Shown here in pieces: positions 21,140 through 30,228 of a stretch of DNA of 64,000 bases. The notes beneath the pieces are model-generated. The model was not told the DNA's origin and ran no database searches. It saw only the letters and a program-made list of their open reading frames with translations. The stretch is from assembly GCA_050740255.1 (NCBI GenBank), contig JBOICV010000176.1:3959-67958 (forward strand), in the 5' to 3' direction. The stretch comes from Nevskiales bacterium (GTDB taxonomy: Bacteria; Pseudomonadota; Gammaproteobacteria; Nevskiales; JBOICV01). How positions within the stretch are numbered: position 1 is the first letter of the stretch; every line of letters starts with the position of its first letter. The position numbers and the translations under genes are program-made.

Positions 21140-21330
21140 TCTCGGTTCGCCCCTTCGACTTCAGCCCCGTTCGTCCTGAGCCCTTCGACACGCCTGTCCT
21201 GAGCTTGTCAAAGGGGGCCCCTCCTACAAAAACGGTGTAGGAGCGGCTGTAGGAGCGGCTTCAGCCGCGATCCTTCGCATCACCAGGCAAGATCGGGGCT
21301 AAAGCCCCTCCTACAAAAGACGATGGGTTA
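21140..21330. repeat. cluster of REP-like elements (two families)
   Basis: A CCCTTCGAC..TGTCCTGAGC-type unit lies at about 21146..21216. Imperfect inverted 25-mers TGTAGGAGCGGCTTCAGCCGCGATC (21248..21272) and GATCGGGGCTAAAGCCCCTCCTACA (21291..21315) follow. Confidence 0.75.
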
Positions 21331-21405
21331 GGGGAGTGGACTCCAGGGCCGGCTAAGCGCACGCTGATTGGCTAAACTTTGTCTGAGGCTAAGCGGAGAC
21401 TCGCC

Positions 21406-22965
21406 ATGCACGCGGTCGTGAAACAAGCCAAGTTACCGCGCCGGATTGAGGCCGGCGCGGATTACATCGAAAGTCTGCGCGGACGGGGCCTTAAGGTTTA
21501 TCTGTTCGGTGAGTTGGTAGCGGAGCCAGTGGATCATCCAATGATCCGTCCCTCGATCAACGCCATCGCCGCGACTTATGATCTGGCGCGCTCCAATCCC
21601 GAGCTCGCCTCGGTGATTTCACCTTTCACCGGCGAGCGCGTGAGCCGCTTCCTGCACGTCTGCACGAGTGCGGACGACCTGGTGCTGCAGAACAAGATGC
21701 AGCGCCGGCTGGGCCAGCTCACCGGCACCTGTTTCCAGCGCTGCGTGGGCATGGATGCCTTCAACTCGCTCTACTCAGTCACTTACGAAATGGACGAAAA
21801 GCATGGCACGCCTTATCACGGCCGCATGAAGGCGTTTCTCACGCAAATGCACCGCGGCAATTTCGTGGTCGGCGGCGCGATGACCGACGTCAAGGGGGAC
21901 CGCGGTCTGCCACCGCACCAGCAGAAAGATCCGGACTTGTTCGTACACATCGCCAAGCGCGACGACAAGGGCATCTACCTCACCGGCGCCAAGGCGCATC
22001 AGACCGGCTGCATCAATTCGCACTGGATGGTGGTGATGCCCACCCTGCGTCTGGGTCCGAAGGACAAGGACTACGCGGTGGTCGGTGCGGTGCCGGTGGA
22101 TGCGCCGGGTATCACCTACGTCTACGGCCGCCAGTCCTGCGATACGCGCAGCATGGAAGGCGGCACGCTCGACGCCGGCAACGCGAACTACAGCGGTCAG
22201 GAGGCGATGGTCATACTCGACAAGGTCTTCATCCCGCACGAACTGGTATTCATGGATGGCGAAACCGACTTCGCGGCGATGCTGGTGGAGCGTTTCACCA
22301 CTTATCACCGGCGCAGTTACGTCTGCAAAACCGGCGTCGGCGACGTGCTGATCGGTGCGGCGGCGCAGGCGGCCGAGTACAACGGCGCCGATCAAGCCTC
22401 GCACGTGAAAGACAAGCTGGTGCAGATGACGCACCTCAACGAAACCATTTACGGCACCGGCATCGCCTCCAGCTACCAGGGCAAAGCGACCCGATCCGGC
22501 GCCTGGATCAACGACGAGATGCTGGCCAATGTCTGCAAACACCACGTCACCAAGATGCCCTACGAGATTGGCCGCATCGCGCAGGATCTGGGCGGCGGCC
22601 TGGTCGCGACCATGCCGTCGGAGAAGGATCTCAACCATCCGGCGATCGGCAAGCTGCTGAAGAAATACCTGAAGGGCAAGGCCGAGGTGCCGACGATGAG
22701 CCGGCTGCGGGTGCTGCGCCTGATCGAGAACATGACGCTGGGCCGCAACGCGGTGGGTTATCTCACCGAGTCCATGCACGGCGCCGGTTCGCCGCAGGCC
22801 CAGCGCATCCAGATCGCACGCGCCATGCAACTCGAATATAAAAAGCGCCTGGCACGCGTCCTCGCCGGCATCGAGGAGTGCCCCTCGCCGGACCAAACCG
22901 CTGAGGAATTGAGCGGTTATTTCGCCGAAGTCTTCAAGCTGCCGAACCAGCCGGACGCGTTGTGA
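21406..22965 (+). CDS. 4-hydroxybutyryl-CoA dehydratase / vinylacetyl-CoA isomerase family protein (HpaB-fold)
   Basis: 519 aa from ATG 21406 (GGAG Shine-Dalgarno). CFQRC (C109/C113) and HRRSYVC (H301/C307) match the Fe-S ligand layout I recall for AbfD. Confidence 0.75.
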   Translation: MHAVVKQAKLPRRIEAGADYIESLRGRGLKVYLFGELVAEPVDHPMIRPSINAIAATYDLARSNPELASVISPFTGERVSRFLHVCTSADDLVLQNKMQRRLGQLTGTCFQRCVGMDAFNSLYSVTYEMDEKHGTPYHGRMKAFLTQMHRGNFVVGGAMTDVKGDRGLPPHQQKDPDLFVHIAKRDDKGIYLTGAKAHQTGCINSHWMVVMPTLRLGPKDKDYAVVGAVPVDAPGITYVYGRQSCDTRSMEGGTLDAGNANYSGQEAMVILDKVFIPHELVFMDGETDFAAMLVERFTTYHRRSYVCKTGVGDVLIGAAAQAAEYNGADQASHVKDKLVQMTHLNETIYGTGIASSYQGKATRSGAWINDEMLANVCKHHVTKMPYEIGRIAQDLGGGLVATMPSEKDLNHPAIGKLLKKYLKGKAEVPTMSRLRVLRLIENMTLGRNAVGYLTESMHGAGSPQAQRIQIARAMQLEYKKRLARVLAGIEECPSPDQTAEELSGYFAEVFKLPNQPDAL

Positions 22966-23126
22966 TCCGGTCCATCCGCAAGATCAGCTTGATTTTTTTG
23001 CGGGTTTCCCTCGGAAAATCGAGGTTGGTCAAAATATGACCAGATTGACTTAGGCGGCAGCACGCCGTAGTTTTGCGCGGTCTGATTCCAGTTGGGGCGG
23101 ACGTATCTACTTAATGAGGAGACGAT

Positions 23127-23387
23127 ATGGCAAAGCGTAAACCGAGCGCGGCATTCATGAAGCCCATGACGCCCAGCTCATCGCTGGCGGCGGTGGTCGG
23201 GTCCAAACCCCTGCCTCGCACCGAGGTGACCAAGAAGCTGTGGGCGTACATCAAGAAGAACGGATTGCAGGACAAGAAGAACAGGCGGAACATCAATGCC
23301 GACGCCGCACTCAAGGCGGTCTTCGGCGGCAAGGGCACCGTGAACATGTTTGAGATGACCAAGCTGGTCAACAAGCACCTGAGCTAA
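23127..23387 (+). CDS. SWIB/MDM2 domain protein
   Basis: 86 aa. PSSSLAAVVGSKPLPRTEVTKKLWAYIKKNGLQDKKNRRNINADAALKAVFG is the canonical bacterial SWIB domain. Confidence 0.9.
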   Translation: MAKRKPSAAFMKPMTPSSSLAAVVGSKPLPRTEVTKKLWAYIKKNGLQDKKNRRNINADAALKAVFGGKGTVNMFEMTKLVNKHLS

Positions 23388-23427
23388 GCGCGTTCTTTAT
23401 ACTGGACGGAGGCGTGAGCCTGACGGC

Positions 23428-24297
23428 TCACGTCCTCCGGCCCAGCCACTCCAAAATCAACTGATTGACCTGCTCCGGTTTTTCCCGGTGCAGGAAATGC
23501 CCCGCCCCCTCGACGATGGCCCACTCGTAGGGCCCGACGAAAAGATCACGCTGACCTGGCAGCATTTCCCCGCGCATATCGCGTGAGCCGCACAGCACGC
23601 GCGTCGGCACGGTCACCGGCCGGTTCAGCCGGCCACGGACTTCAATCAGCGTCGGGTTGAATCTGCGCGGGTTCATCATCGCGCGGTAATAGGCCAATGT
23701 CGCTTCGAGCGCACCGGCTTGCGCCATCATCTGCTTTATCTGCGCGACATGCGCATAGTCGGCATAAGCCGGCGACCAGAGTTTCCACAGCCATTCGATA
23801 AACGCGAAATCGTTCGCGCGGCACAAGCGCTCCGGCAGCCAGGGCAGTTGAAACAAAAACCAGTGAAACGATCGGATCGCGTGCTTGGGCGATTTCTTCA
23901 GCGTGCGACGCACCTGTGCCGGATGCGGCACCGCCAGAATCACCGCGCGCCGAATCCATTCCGGATAGGCGCCGAGCACGCCGTAGCTGATCGCCGCGCC
24001 CCAGTCCTGGGCGACCAGCAGGCAGGGCTGGCCATCGTTCAAGCCCTCGATCAGGCATTTTATGTCGGTCGCGAGCGTGGCGAGATCGTAATAACCGTTC
24101 GCCGGAATCTCAGTGGGTGGATATCCGCGCAGAAATGGCGCCACCACGCGGTAGCCGGCGGCGGCCAGTGCCGGCATCTGGCGCTCCCAGGTGTAGGCAT
24201 TGTCCGGAAAACCGTGCAATAGCAACACCAGGGGGCCTTGGCCCTGTTCGAGGTAGGCGAAACGCAAACCGTTGGCGCTGATTTCGCCGCGTCGCAT
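23428..24297 (-). CDS. alpha/beta hydrolase, epoxide-hydrolase-like
   Basis: LLLHGFPDNAYTWERQ and Asp nucleophile elbow VAQDWGA. Start set at ATG 24297. Confidence 0.8.
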   Translation of the reverse strand: MRRGEISANGLRFAYLEQGQGPLVLLLHGFPDNAYTWERQMPALAAAGYRVVAPFLRGYPPTEIPANGYYDLATLATDIKCLIEGLNDGQPCLLVAQDWGAAISYGVLGAYPEWIRRAVILAVPHPAQVRRTLKKSPKHAIRSFHWFLFQLPWLPERLCRANDFAFIEWLWKLWSPAYADYAHVAQIKQMMAQAGALEATLAYYRAMMNPRRFNPTLIEVRGRLNRPVTVPTRVLCGSRDMRGEMLPGQRDLFVGPYEWAIVEGAGHFLHREKPEQVNQLILEWLGRRT

Positions 24298-24394
24298 GAG
24301 CAATCCTCTGCTGGAACATCCGCCCGCAGCATAGCCCAGCGCGCAACTATCCCTATGAGGCGCGGTCACCTATCCTGAGCAGTGAACGCCGGCC

Positions 24395-24667
24395 GTGCTG
24401 ATGATGGCGATTCTGGCCGCGGCCCTGTACGGTTTTGCCGACGCGCATGCACCGGCGGCCGCAGCGGGTGCAATGGCCGCGGGCGGCAAGCTCACGGCGG
24501 CGCAGGCGGTGGTGCCGGTACTGGCAGCTTTTACCACCAACTCGGTGACCAAGGTGCTTATCGCGCTGGCCGCCGGCGACCGCGGCTTCGCCTGGCAGGT
24601 GATTCCGGGTGTGCTGCTGATGGTCGCCGCGGCCTGGCTTGGCGCGGGACTCGCGAGCTGGATTTAA
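24395..24667 (+). pseudogene. C-terminal fragment of a DUF4010/MgtC-family membrane protein
   Basis: The 90-aa ORF ..ADAHA...AFTTNSVTKVLIALAAGDRGFA.. resembles only the last ~90 residues of ~400-aa DUF4010 proteins. The upstream sequence is occupied by an oppositely oriented gene. Confidence 0.4.
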
Positions 24668-24674
24668 GCTGCGC

Positions 24675-25436
24675 TCACTCCAGCGCGTAGGTGACGACCG
24701 GTTCGGCGATGCCTTTCACCGGCAATGGTGGCATGGCTTTCAGCGCGAAGCGCGGATCGAGTTGCTCGCGCACACTCCCGGTCAGAAGAATGTCCACATT
24801 ATGCGAACGCGTCAGCGCCTGCACACGTGCCGCCAGGTTCACCGTGCGGCCGATCACCGAATACTCGATGCGGTCGCGGCTGCCCATCAGGCCGGCCAGA
24901 CCCGGGCCGCGATGGATGCCGATGCCTACCGCGAGCCGGGGCAGGCCTTCGCGCTCCAGTTCACTGCTGTAGGCACGCATGGCATCACGCATCGCCAGCG
25001 CCGCGCGGGCCGCGTCATTGCATTGCCAGGGATTGGGTTCAAGTGCGCCGAAGTAGGCAAGAATACCGTCGCCGAGGAAGGTGCTGACGTGGCCGCGGTT
25101 GTTGGTAATGGCGTCAGCGGCACGCTGGAAATAGCCGTTCAACAGCCTGGCCAATACGGGCGCGTCAAGCTTCTCCGACAGCGCCGTGTAGCCCACGAGA
25201 TCAGCGAATAGCGCGGTGACGATTTTGCGCTCGGCTGAAGATTCGGCGCCTTCCGAGGCCAGACGCTGCACCAGTCCCGCCGGCGCCAGCCGCGCGCAGG
25301 CCTGTTGCAGCCGCTGCAATTCCGCGGCCAGTACCTCAAGCTGCGCACGCAAGCCGGCAGTCCGGTGGCGCTCGCGATACAGCAATACGGCCAGCGCGGC
25401 GAGTAGCGCCAGTGCCGCCAGTGCCAGCCAGATCAT
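24675..25436 (-). CDS. class III adenylate/guanylate cyclase with N-terminal TM helix
   Basis: TM helix plus coiled segment, then KIVTALFADLVGYTALSE...FLGDGILAYFG...GIHRGP cyclase homology domain. Confidence 0.85.
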   Translation of the reverse strand: MIWLALAALALLAALAVLLYRERHRTAGLRAQLEVLAAELQRLQQACARLAPAGLVQRLASEGAESSAERKIVTALFADLVGYTALSEKLDAPVLARLLNGYFQRAADAITNNRGHVSTFLGDGILAYFGALEPNPWQCNDAARAALAMRDAMRAYSSELEREGLPRLAVGIGIHRGPGLAGLMGSRDRIEYSVIGRTVNLAARVQALTRSHNVDILLTGSVREQLDPRFALKAMPPLPVKGIAEPVVTYALE

Positions 25437-25442
25437 CCGCCC

Positions 25443-26537
25443 TTAATCCTTCGTGGCGCTGACCGTCATCTGCAAGCGGCACAGGGCGTTGGCCAGCGAG
25501 ACCACGCCGATAGCGTCGGTGAGCTGTTCTGCATTGAGCCGCTCGCCCAGTTGGCGCGCGCGGCGCTGTAACTGCACCGGCTCATACCAGATAGTCTCAC
25601 GCGCGAACGGCAGCAGTTCGCGCTCCACCGCGTCCAGCTCCGCCGCGTCCAGATGCGCAAGGGCGTAGGACACGTGCTCCATCTCCATGCCGCAGCCGGC
25701 AAGCAGTGCGCGCGCCTCCGCTTCCGACTGGGACGCGCCGAGGCCGCGCGCCACCACCGCAAACAAAAGCGCGCGGCAGCGCTGTGTCAGCGCAGGTGCC
25801 GCCCACATTTCATCGAGTGTCCGCGCCAGCAGCGGCGCAATCGGCGAACCGTCGAAAGCCTGCACCACCTGCTTGAAGGGGCCGGCAGGCGCCGCGGGCA
25901 GGGAGACGGCGTGACCGGGTTTGCGATACAGGTCCAGCCAGCGCGCGATCAAGGGGCGCAGCCAGCGGACGTAGAGCAGCTCCGGGGTTCCCTCCATTGC
26001 CTGCGGCGGCACAGCGGCGATGGTGGAAGTGCGGTTCATCATCACGCTGGCCACCACCGCGAAGGCGATCTCGCGTACCGCGGCGGCACCGAACCCGGCG
26101 TCACGCAGCGCGCGCACATCCGCCTCGCCGATTGGCGGATTGCTGTGCGACAGGCGGCGTGCAAAGCGCACCACCGCGGCCAGCTTCGGCTCCACATCAA
26201 CGCGCGCGAGCTGCTGCTCCAGGCGCTGGATGCGCTCCTCGCTCATGCCCTGGATGCGCAGTAGCGCACGCACGGCGGCATAGCAGAACCGGCAGGAATT
26301 CTCCTGGCTTACCACCAGGCCGATCAGATCGGACAGATGCAGGTCCAGCTCCACCAGCAGGCCGTGTTCCGGCAGCCATTGGACCATCGTCCGCGCCACC
26401 CAGGGCGCACGAGCGAAATAGCGGATCGTGGGATGCGGCAGTCCAGTGTGACGCCGCGCATAGGCTTCCAGCACCGGATCATGCGTCGGCTGCAGCAGGC
26501 AGGATTCCCACTCGACATTCAGCAGCGGACTGGTCAT
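25443..26537 (-). CDS. carboxymuconolactone decarboxylase (AhpD-like) family protein, two-domain
   Basis: 364 aa, all-helical, CRFCY CxxC-type motif typical of AhpD-like proteins. Confidence 0.7.
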   Translation of the reverse strand: MTSPLLNVEWESCLLQPTHDPVLEAYARRHTGLPHPTIRYFARAPWVARTMVQWLPEHGLLVELDLHLSDLIGLVVSQENSCRFCYAAVRALLRIQGMSEERIQRLEQQLARVDVEPKLAAVVRFARRLSHSNPPIGEADVRALRDAGFGAAAVREIAFAVVASVMMNRTSTIAAVPPQAMEGTPELLYVRWLRPLIARWLDLYRKPGHAVSLPAAPAGPFKQVVQAFDGSPIAPLLARTLDEMWAAPALTQRCRALLFAVVARGLGASQSEAEARALLAGCGMEMEHVSYALAHLDAAELDAVERELLPFARETIWYEPVQLQRRARQLGERLNAEQLTDAIGVVSLANALCRLQMTVSATKD

Positions 26538-26742
26538 GCCGACACTTTAACGCGGGGTACGGGCTTCTGGCTAAGCCGTTCAGCGGCGTTGTTTTTACCG
26601 ACGCTGTGGTATTGCATCGCTTCCCTGGAGGGGGCAGGGCAGGATGGTCCTGGCGGCTCGGCTCGGCTCGGCGCGGGATTGGCCATGCTTCGGCAGTGAT
26701 CGCATATTGGGCATCAGAGCGCTGCTGCGTTATCCTTTAGCA

Positions 26743-26964
26743 ATGATTGATGCCGCCCTTATCTCGAAGGTCAAGACGCTCAGCGTCGCTGATCGCCTTG
26801 AGCTGATTGGGGCCGTGTGGGATTCTCTCGCGGCGAATGAAGCCCCAGTAACTGAATCGGAAAAGGCCTTGCTGGATGCGCGGCTGGCGGACCTCACAAA
26901 AAACCCTGCCGATCAGAGCCCCTGGTCCGAAGTTCAGGAGCGACTTCGCCGGCTCCTAGCTTGA
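26743..26964 (+). CDS. putative addiction-module antitoxin component
   Basis: 73 aa. LSVADRLELIGAVWDSL......SEKALLDARLADL pattern. Directly precedes and overlaps a ParE/RelE toxin gene. Confidence 0.75.
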   Translation: MIDAALISKVKTLSVADRLELIGAVWDSLAANEAPVTESEKALLDARLADLTKNPADQSPWSEVQERLRRLLA

Positions 26965-27260
26965 GGCACACCGTCCATGTCCGCCGGGCGGCCGAGCTTG
27001 ACGTGGCGGAAGCTCAATACTGGTATGAGAAGCAGCGGCCTGGGTTAGCCGCCGAGTTCCACGCCGAATTCGTGCAGGCCATCGGTCGCCTTACCGAGAC
27101 GCCCCTCTTATATCCCGCTGTCTACCGCGGAGTACGCCGCGCGGTTCTTCACCGCTTTCCGTTTCTCGTCTGGTATCAGGTTCACGATTCGAGCATTACG
27201 GTACTCGCGTGCACACACGGCAAGCTCAATCCCAGGAAGCTTGCTGCCCGTTTGCGGTAA
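26961..27260 (+). CDS. RelE/ParE-family type II toxin
   Basis: 99 aa. AELDVAEAQYWYEKQRPGLAAEF...YRGVRRAVLHRFPFLVWYQVHDSSITVLACTHG. TTG start in a TTGA overlap with the antitoxin stop. Confidence 0.8.
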   Translation: MRHTVHVRRAAELDVAEAQYWYEKQRPGLAAEFHAEFVQAIGRLTETPLLYPAVYRGVRRAVLHRFPFLVWYQVHDSSITVLACTHGKLNPRKLAARLR

Positions 27261-27297
27261 GTTGATGCCCAACCGGCGTTGGCGCTAATAGCTGGGT

Positions 27298-29136
27298 TTA
27301 GGCCGCCGCTTCTCTTTCCGCTTTCTTGCGGTCGTGCTCTTTCAGGTGCCGTTTGCGGATGCGGATGGATTCCGGCGTGGCCTCGACCAGCTCGTCGTCG
27401 TTGATGAACTCCAGCGCCTGTTCCAGCGCGAACTTGATGGCCGGGGTCAGGATGATGTTCTCGTCCGACCCGGCCGCGCGCATATTGGTCAGCTTCTTGC
27501 CCTTGAGCGGGTTGACCACGAGGTCGTTGTCGCGGGAATGGATGCCGACGATCTGACCTTCGTAAACTTCCTGACCGTGCTCGACCAGCATGCGGCCGCG
27601 CTCCTGCAGATTGAATAGCGAGAAGGCCAGCACCGTGCCCTGCTCGTTGGATATCAGCACGCCGTTGTGACGCTGGCCCACGTCGGTGTCGATTTTGGGG
27701 CCGTAGTGATCGAAGTTGTGGAAGATCAGGCCGGTGCCGGAAGTCATGGACATGAACTCGGTCTGAAAACCGATCAGCCCGCGCGAGGGGATTTTGTATT
27801 CCAGGCGCACGCGGCCCTTGCCGTCCGGCACCATGTTTTGCATCTTGCCGCCGCGCTCGGCCAGTCCCTGAATCACGCCCCCTTGAGTCGCTTCCTCCAC
27901 ATCCGCAATCAAGGTTTCCCAGGGTTCGCAAATCTTGCCCTCGATCTCCTTGAGGATTACATGCGGGCGCGACACCGCCAGTTCGTAACCCTCGCGGCGC
28001 ATGTTCTCGATCAGGATGCCCAGATGCAGCAGGCCACGGCCGGAGACTTTGAGCTGGTCCGCATTGCCGGTCAGCTCGACGCGCAGGGCCACATTGGTCT
28101 TGAGTTCGCGCTGCAGGCGCTCGCCAATCTGGCGTGAGGTGACAAATTTTCCTTCCTTGCCCGCGAACGGCGATTTATTGACCTCGAAGGTCATGCTCAT
28201 GGTGGGTTCATCCACCTGCAGCGTCGGCAAACCCTCCGGGCTTTTGACATCGCACACCGTTTCGCTGATGCCCAAATCCTCGATGCCGGTCAGGGCGACG
28301 ATGTCGCCCGCCTGCGCTTCCGGCACTTCGGTCTTGTCCAGCCCCATGAAGCCGAGCACCTGCAGCACGCGCCCGGTGCGCTGGGTACCGTCGCGCGCGA
28401 TGATGCTCACCGGCTGATTGGTCCGCACCCTGCCGCGTGAGATGCGGCCGGTGCCGATCACGCCGACGTAGCTGCTATACGCCAGCGAGATGACCTGCAT
28501 CTGGAACGGGCCGTCAATGTCCACATCCGGCGCCGGCACCTTGTCGATAATGGTCTGGAACAGCGGATCCATATTGCCTTCGCGCAGTTCAGCCTCGAAG
28601 CCGGCGTAGCCGTTGAGCGCGGAGGCGTAAACGATCGGGAAGTCGAGCTGCTCGTCGGTGGCGCCGAGCTTGTCGAACAAGTCGAATACCTGATCAATCG
28701 TCCAGTGCGCCCGGCTGCCGGGCCGGTCAATCTTGTTGATGACGACGATGGGTTTCAAACCCAGCGCGAAGGCTTTCTGCGTGACGAAACGGGTCTGCGG
28801 CATGGGACCGTCCACCGCATCCACCAGCAGCAGCACCGAGTCCACCATGGACAGGACGCGTTCGACCTCGCCACCGAAATCGGCATGCCCGGGGGTATCC
28901 ACGATATTGATGCGGTACTTGGTATCCGAACGGGGATCAGTCCAGCGTATGGCGGTGTTCTTGGCCAGGATGGTGATGCCGCGCTCGCGCTCCAGGTCGT
29001 TGGAGTCCATGATCCGCTCGCCCAGGTTCTCGCGCGCGTCCAGCGTGCCGGACTGGCGCAACAGCTTGTCCACAAGGGTGGTTTTGCCGTGGTCGACGTG
29101 GGCGATGATGGCGATGTTGCGAAGATTTTGAATCAC
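27298..29136 (-). CDS. typA: translational GTPase TypA/BipA
   Basis: 612 aa. [34 protein letters not shown] and NKIDR motifs; full-length collinearity with BipA. Confidence 0.95.
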   Translation of the reverse strand: MIQNLRNIAIIAHVDHGKTTLVDKLLRQSGTLDARENLGERIMDSNDLERERGITILAKNTAIRWTDPRSDTKYRINIVDTPGHADFGGEVERVLSMVDSVLLLVDAVDGPMPQTRFVTQKAFALGLKPIVVINKIDRPGSRAHWTIDQVFDLFDKLGATDEQLDFPIVYASALNGYAGFEAELREGNMDPLFQTIIDKVPAPDVDIDGPFQMQVISLAYSSYVGVIGTGRISRGRVRTNQPVSIIARDGTQRTGRVLQVLGFMGLDKTEVPEAQAGDIVALTGIEDLGISETVCDVKSPEGLPTLQVDEPTMSMTFEVNKSPFAGKEGKFVTSRQIGERLQRELKTNVALRVELTGNADQLKVSGRGLLHLGILIENMRREGYELAVSRPHVILKEIEGKICEPWETLIADVEEATQGGVIQGLAERGGKMQNMVPDGKGRVRLEYKIPSRGLIGFQTEFMSMTSGTGLIFHNFDHYGPKIDTDVGQRHNGVLISNEQGTVLAFSLFNLQERGRMLVEHGQEVYEGQIVGIHSRDNDLVVNPLKGKKLTNMRAAGSDENIILTPAIKFALEQALEFINDDELVEATPESIRIRKRHLKEHDRKKAEREAAA

Positions 29137-29144
29137 AAATTTCT

Positions 29145-29185
29145 CCCCTCTCCCCGCGCGGCGGGGAGAGGGTCAGGGTGAGGGG
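29145..29185. repeat. GC-tract REP-like hairpin / canonical G4 motif
   Basis: CCCCTCTCCCC (29145..29155) pairs with GGGGAGAGGGT (29163..29173). GGGGAGAGGGTCAGGGTGAGGGG occupies 29163..29185. Confidence 0.7.
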
Positions 29186-29943
29186 CGGCTATTCTACGCA
29201 GCTCTGCTGCACTGCGCCATTGTCTGACCGGCTTTGCCAAAAAAGCCTCACAGCCCTTAGGCGAGATTTACCCGCTGCGGCAGCGCGGGCTCAGGTATAG
29301 AGTAAGAATCCCATCCCCGACGTCGCTATCGCTAGGACAGCCATGCCCGAGCTCAATGTGTTGGTGGTAGACGATTCCAGTACCGCTCGCTTTGCGATGC
29401 GCAAGTACCTGGAGCATCTGCACAATCTGGTGCAGACCGCAGCCAGCGCGATGGAGGCCTATGACTATCTGAAAGATCATCAGCCTGACGTGATCTTTCT
29501 GGACAATGTCATGCCGGAAATCAGCGGACTTGAAGCGCTGTATACCCTGAAGCACGATGCAAAGACCGCTGTCATCCCGGTGATCTTCTGTACCTCCATT
29601 GGGAGAACCGAGTTCATCGAGCGTGCCCGCGCCTCCGGCGCGCTACAAGTCTTGCACAAACCCCCCAGTCTGGATCAGCTTTCCAGGGTGCTCGCTGACA
29701 TCCAGGCGCAGCCGACGCCGGCGCCAGCTTCGCGGCCGGTAGCGAGCACCACGCCGGCGGCCAACGATCAACCTGAGGCGCAGGGGCCTGGAGGCCAGCG
29801 AGCGACCGCTGCCGCCGACCTGCTACCGCCTGAGGCGGCCGGTGGTCGCTATGCTGAGTTGCGCGGACAGATTGACACCGGTATGGACTGCCCACGGTCT
29901 GATAGACATTCCCGGCCTATGATTTAAGCATAGCAGGAAGTCC

Positions 29944-30228
29944 ATGAGTACCCAGCGTTTCACGCCTGAATTTAAGGAAGAAGCCGTTCGCCAGATCGTT
30001 GACCGCGGCTATTCGGTTGCAGAAGTTTCATCTCGACTCGGCGTTTCCGCGCATAGCCTTTACAAGTGGGTGAAGTCGGTCACTCCGCACAAGAGCGAGA
30101 AGCAAGCTGCGGAATTGATCGAATCAAAAAGCGAAGTATTAAAGCTGCGCGCGCAACTGCGCCGCACCGAAGAAGAGCGAGACATCCTAAAAAAAGCGGC
30201 GCGGTACTTTGCCAGGGAGCCCGAGTAA
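29944..30228 (+). CDS. IS3-family transposase OrfA (HTH)
   Basis: MSTQRFTPEFKEEAVRQIVDRGYSVAEVSSRLGVSAHSLYKWVK plus a leucine-zipper-like tail. Slippery A AAA AAA G at 30189..30196. Confidence 0.9.
   Translation: MSTQRFTPEFKEEAVRQIVDRGYSVAEVSSRLGVSAHSLYKWVKSVTPHKSEKQAAELIESKSEVLKLRAQLRRTEEERDILKKAARYFAREPE

Noticed and set aside
21140-21330. Repeat-rich intergenic stretches (also 54875-55013) considered as possible CRISPR arrays.
   Set aside because: The units are palindromic REP-type sequences of different families with irregular spacing. There is no constant repeat/spacer periodicity and no cas genes are present.
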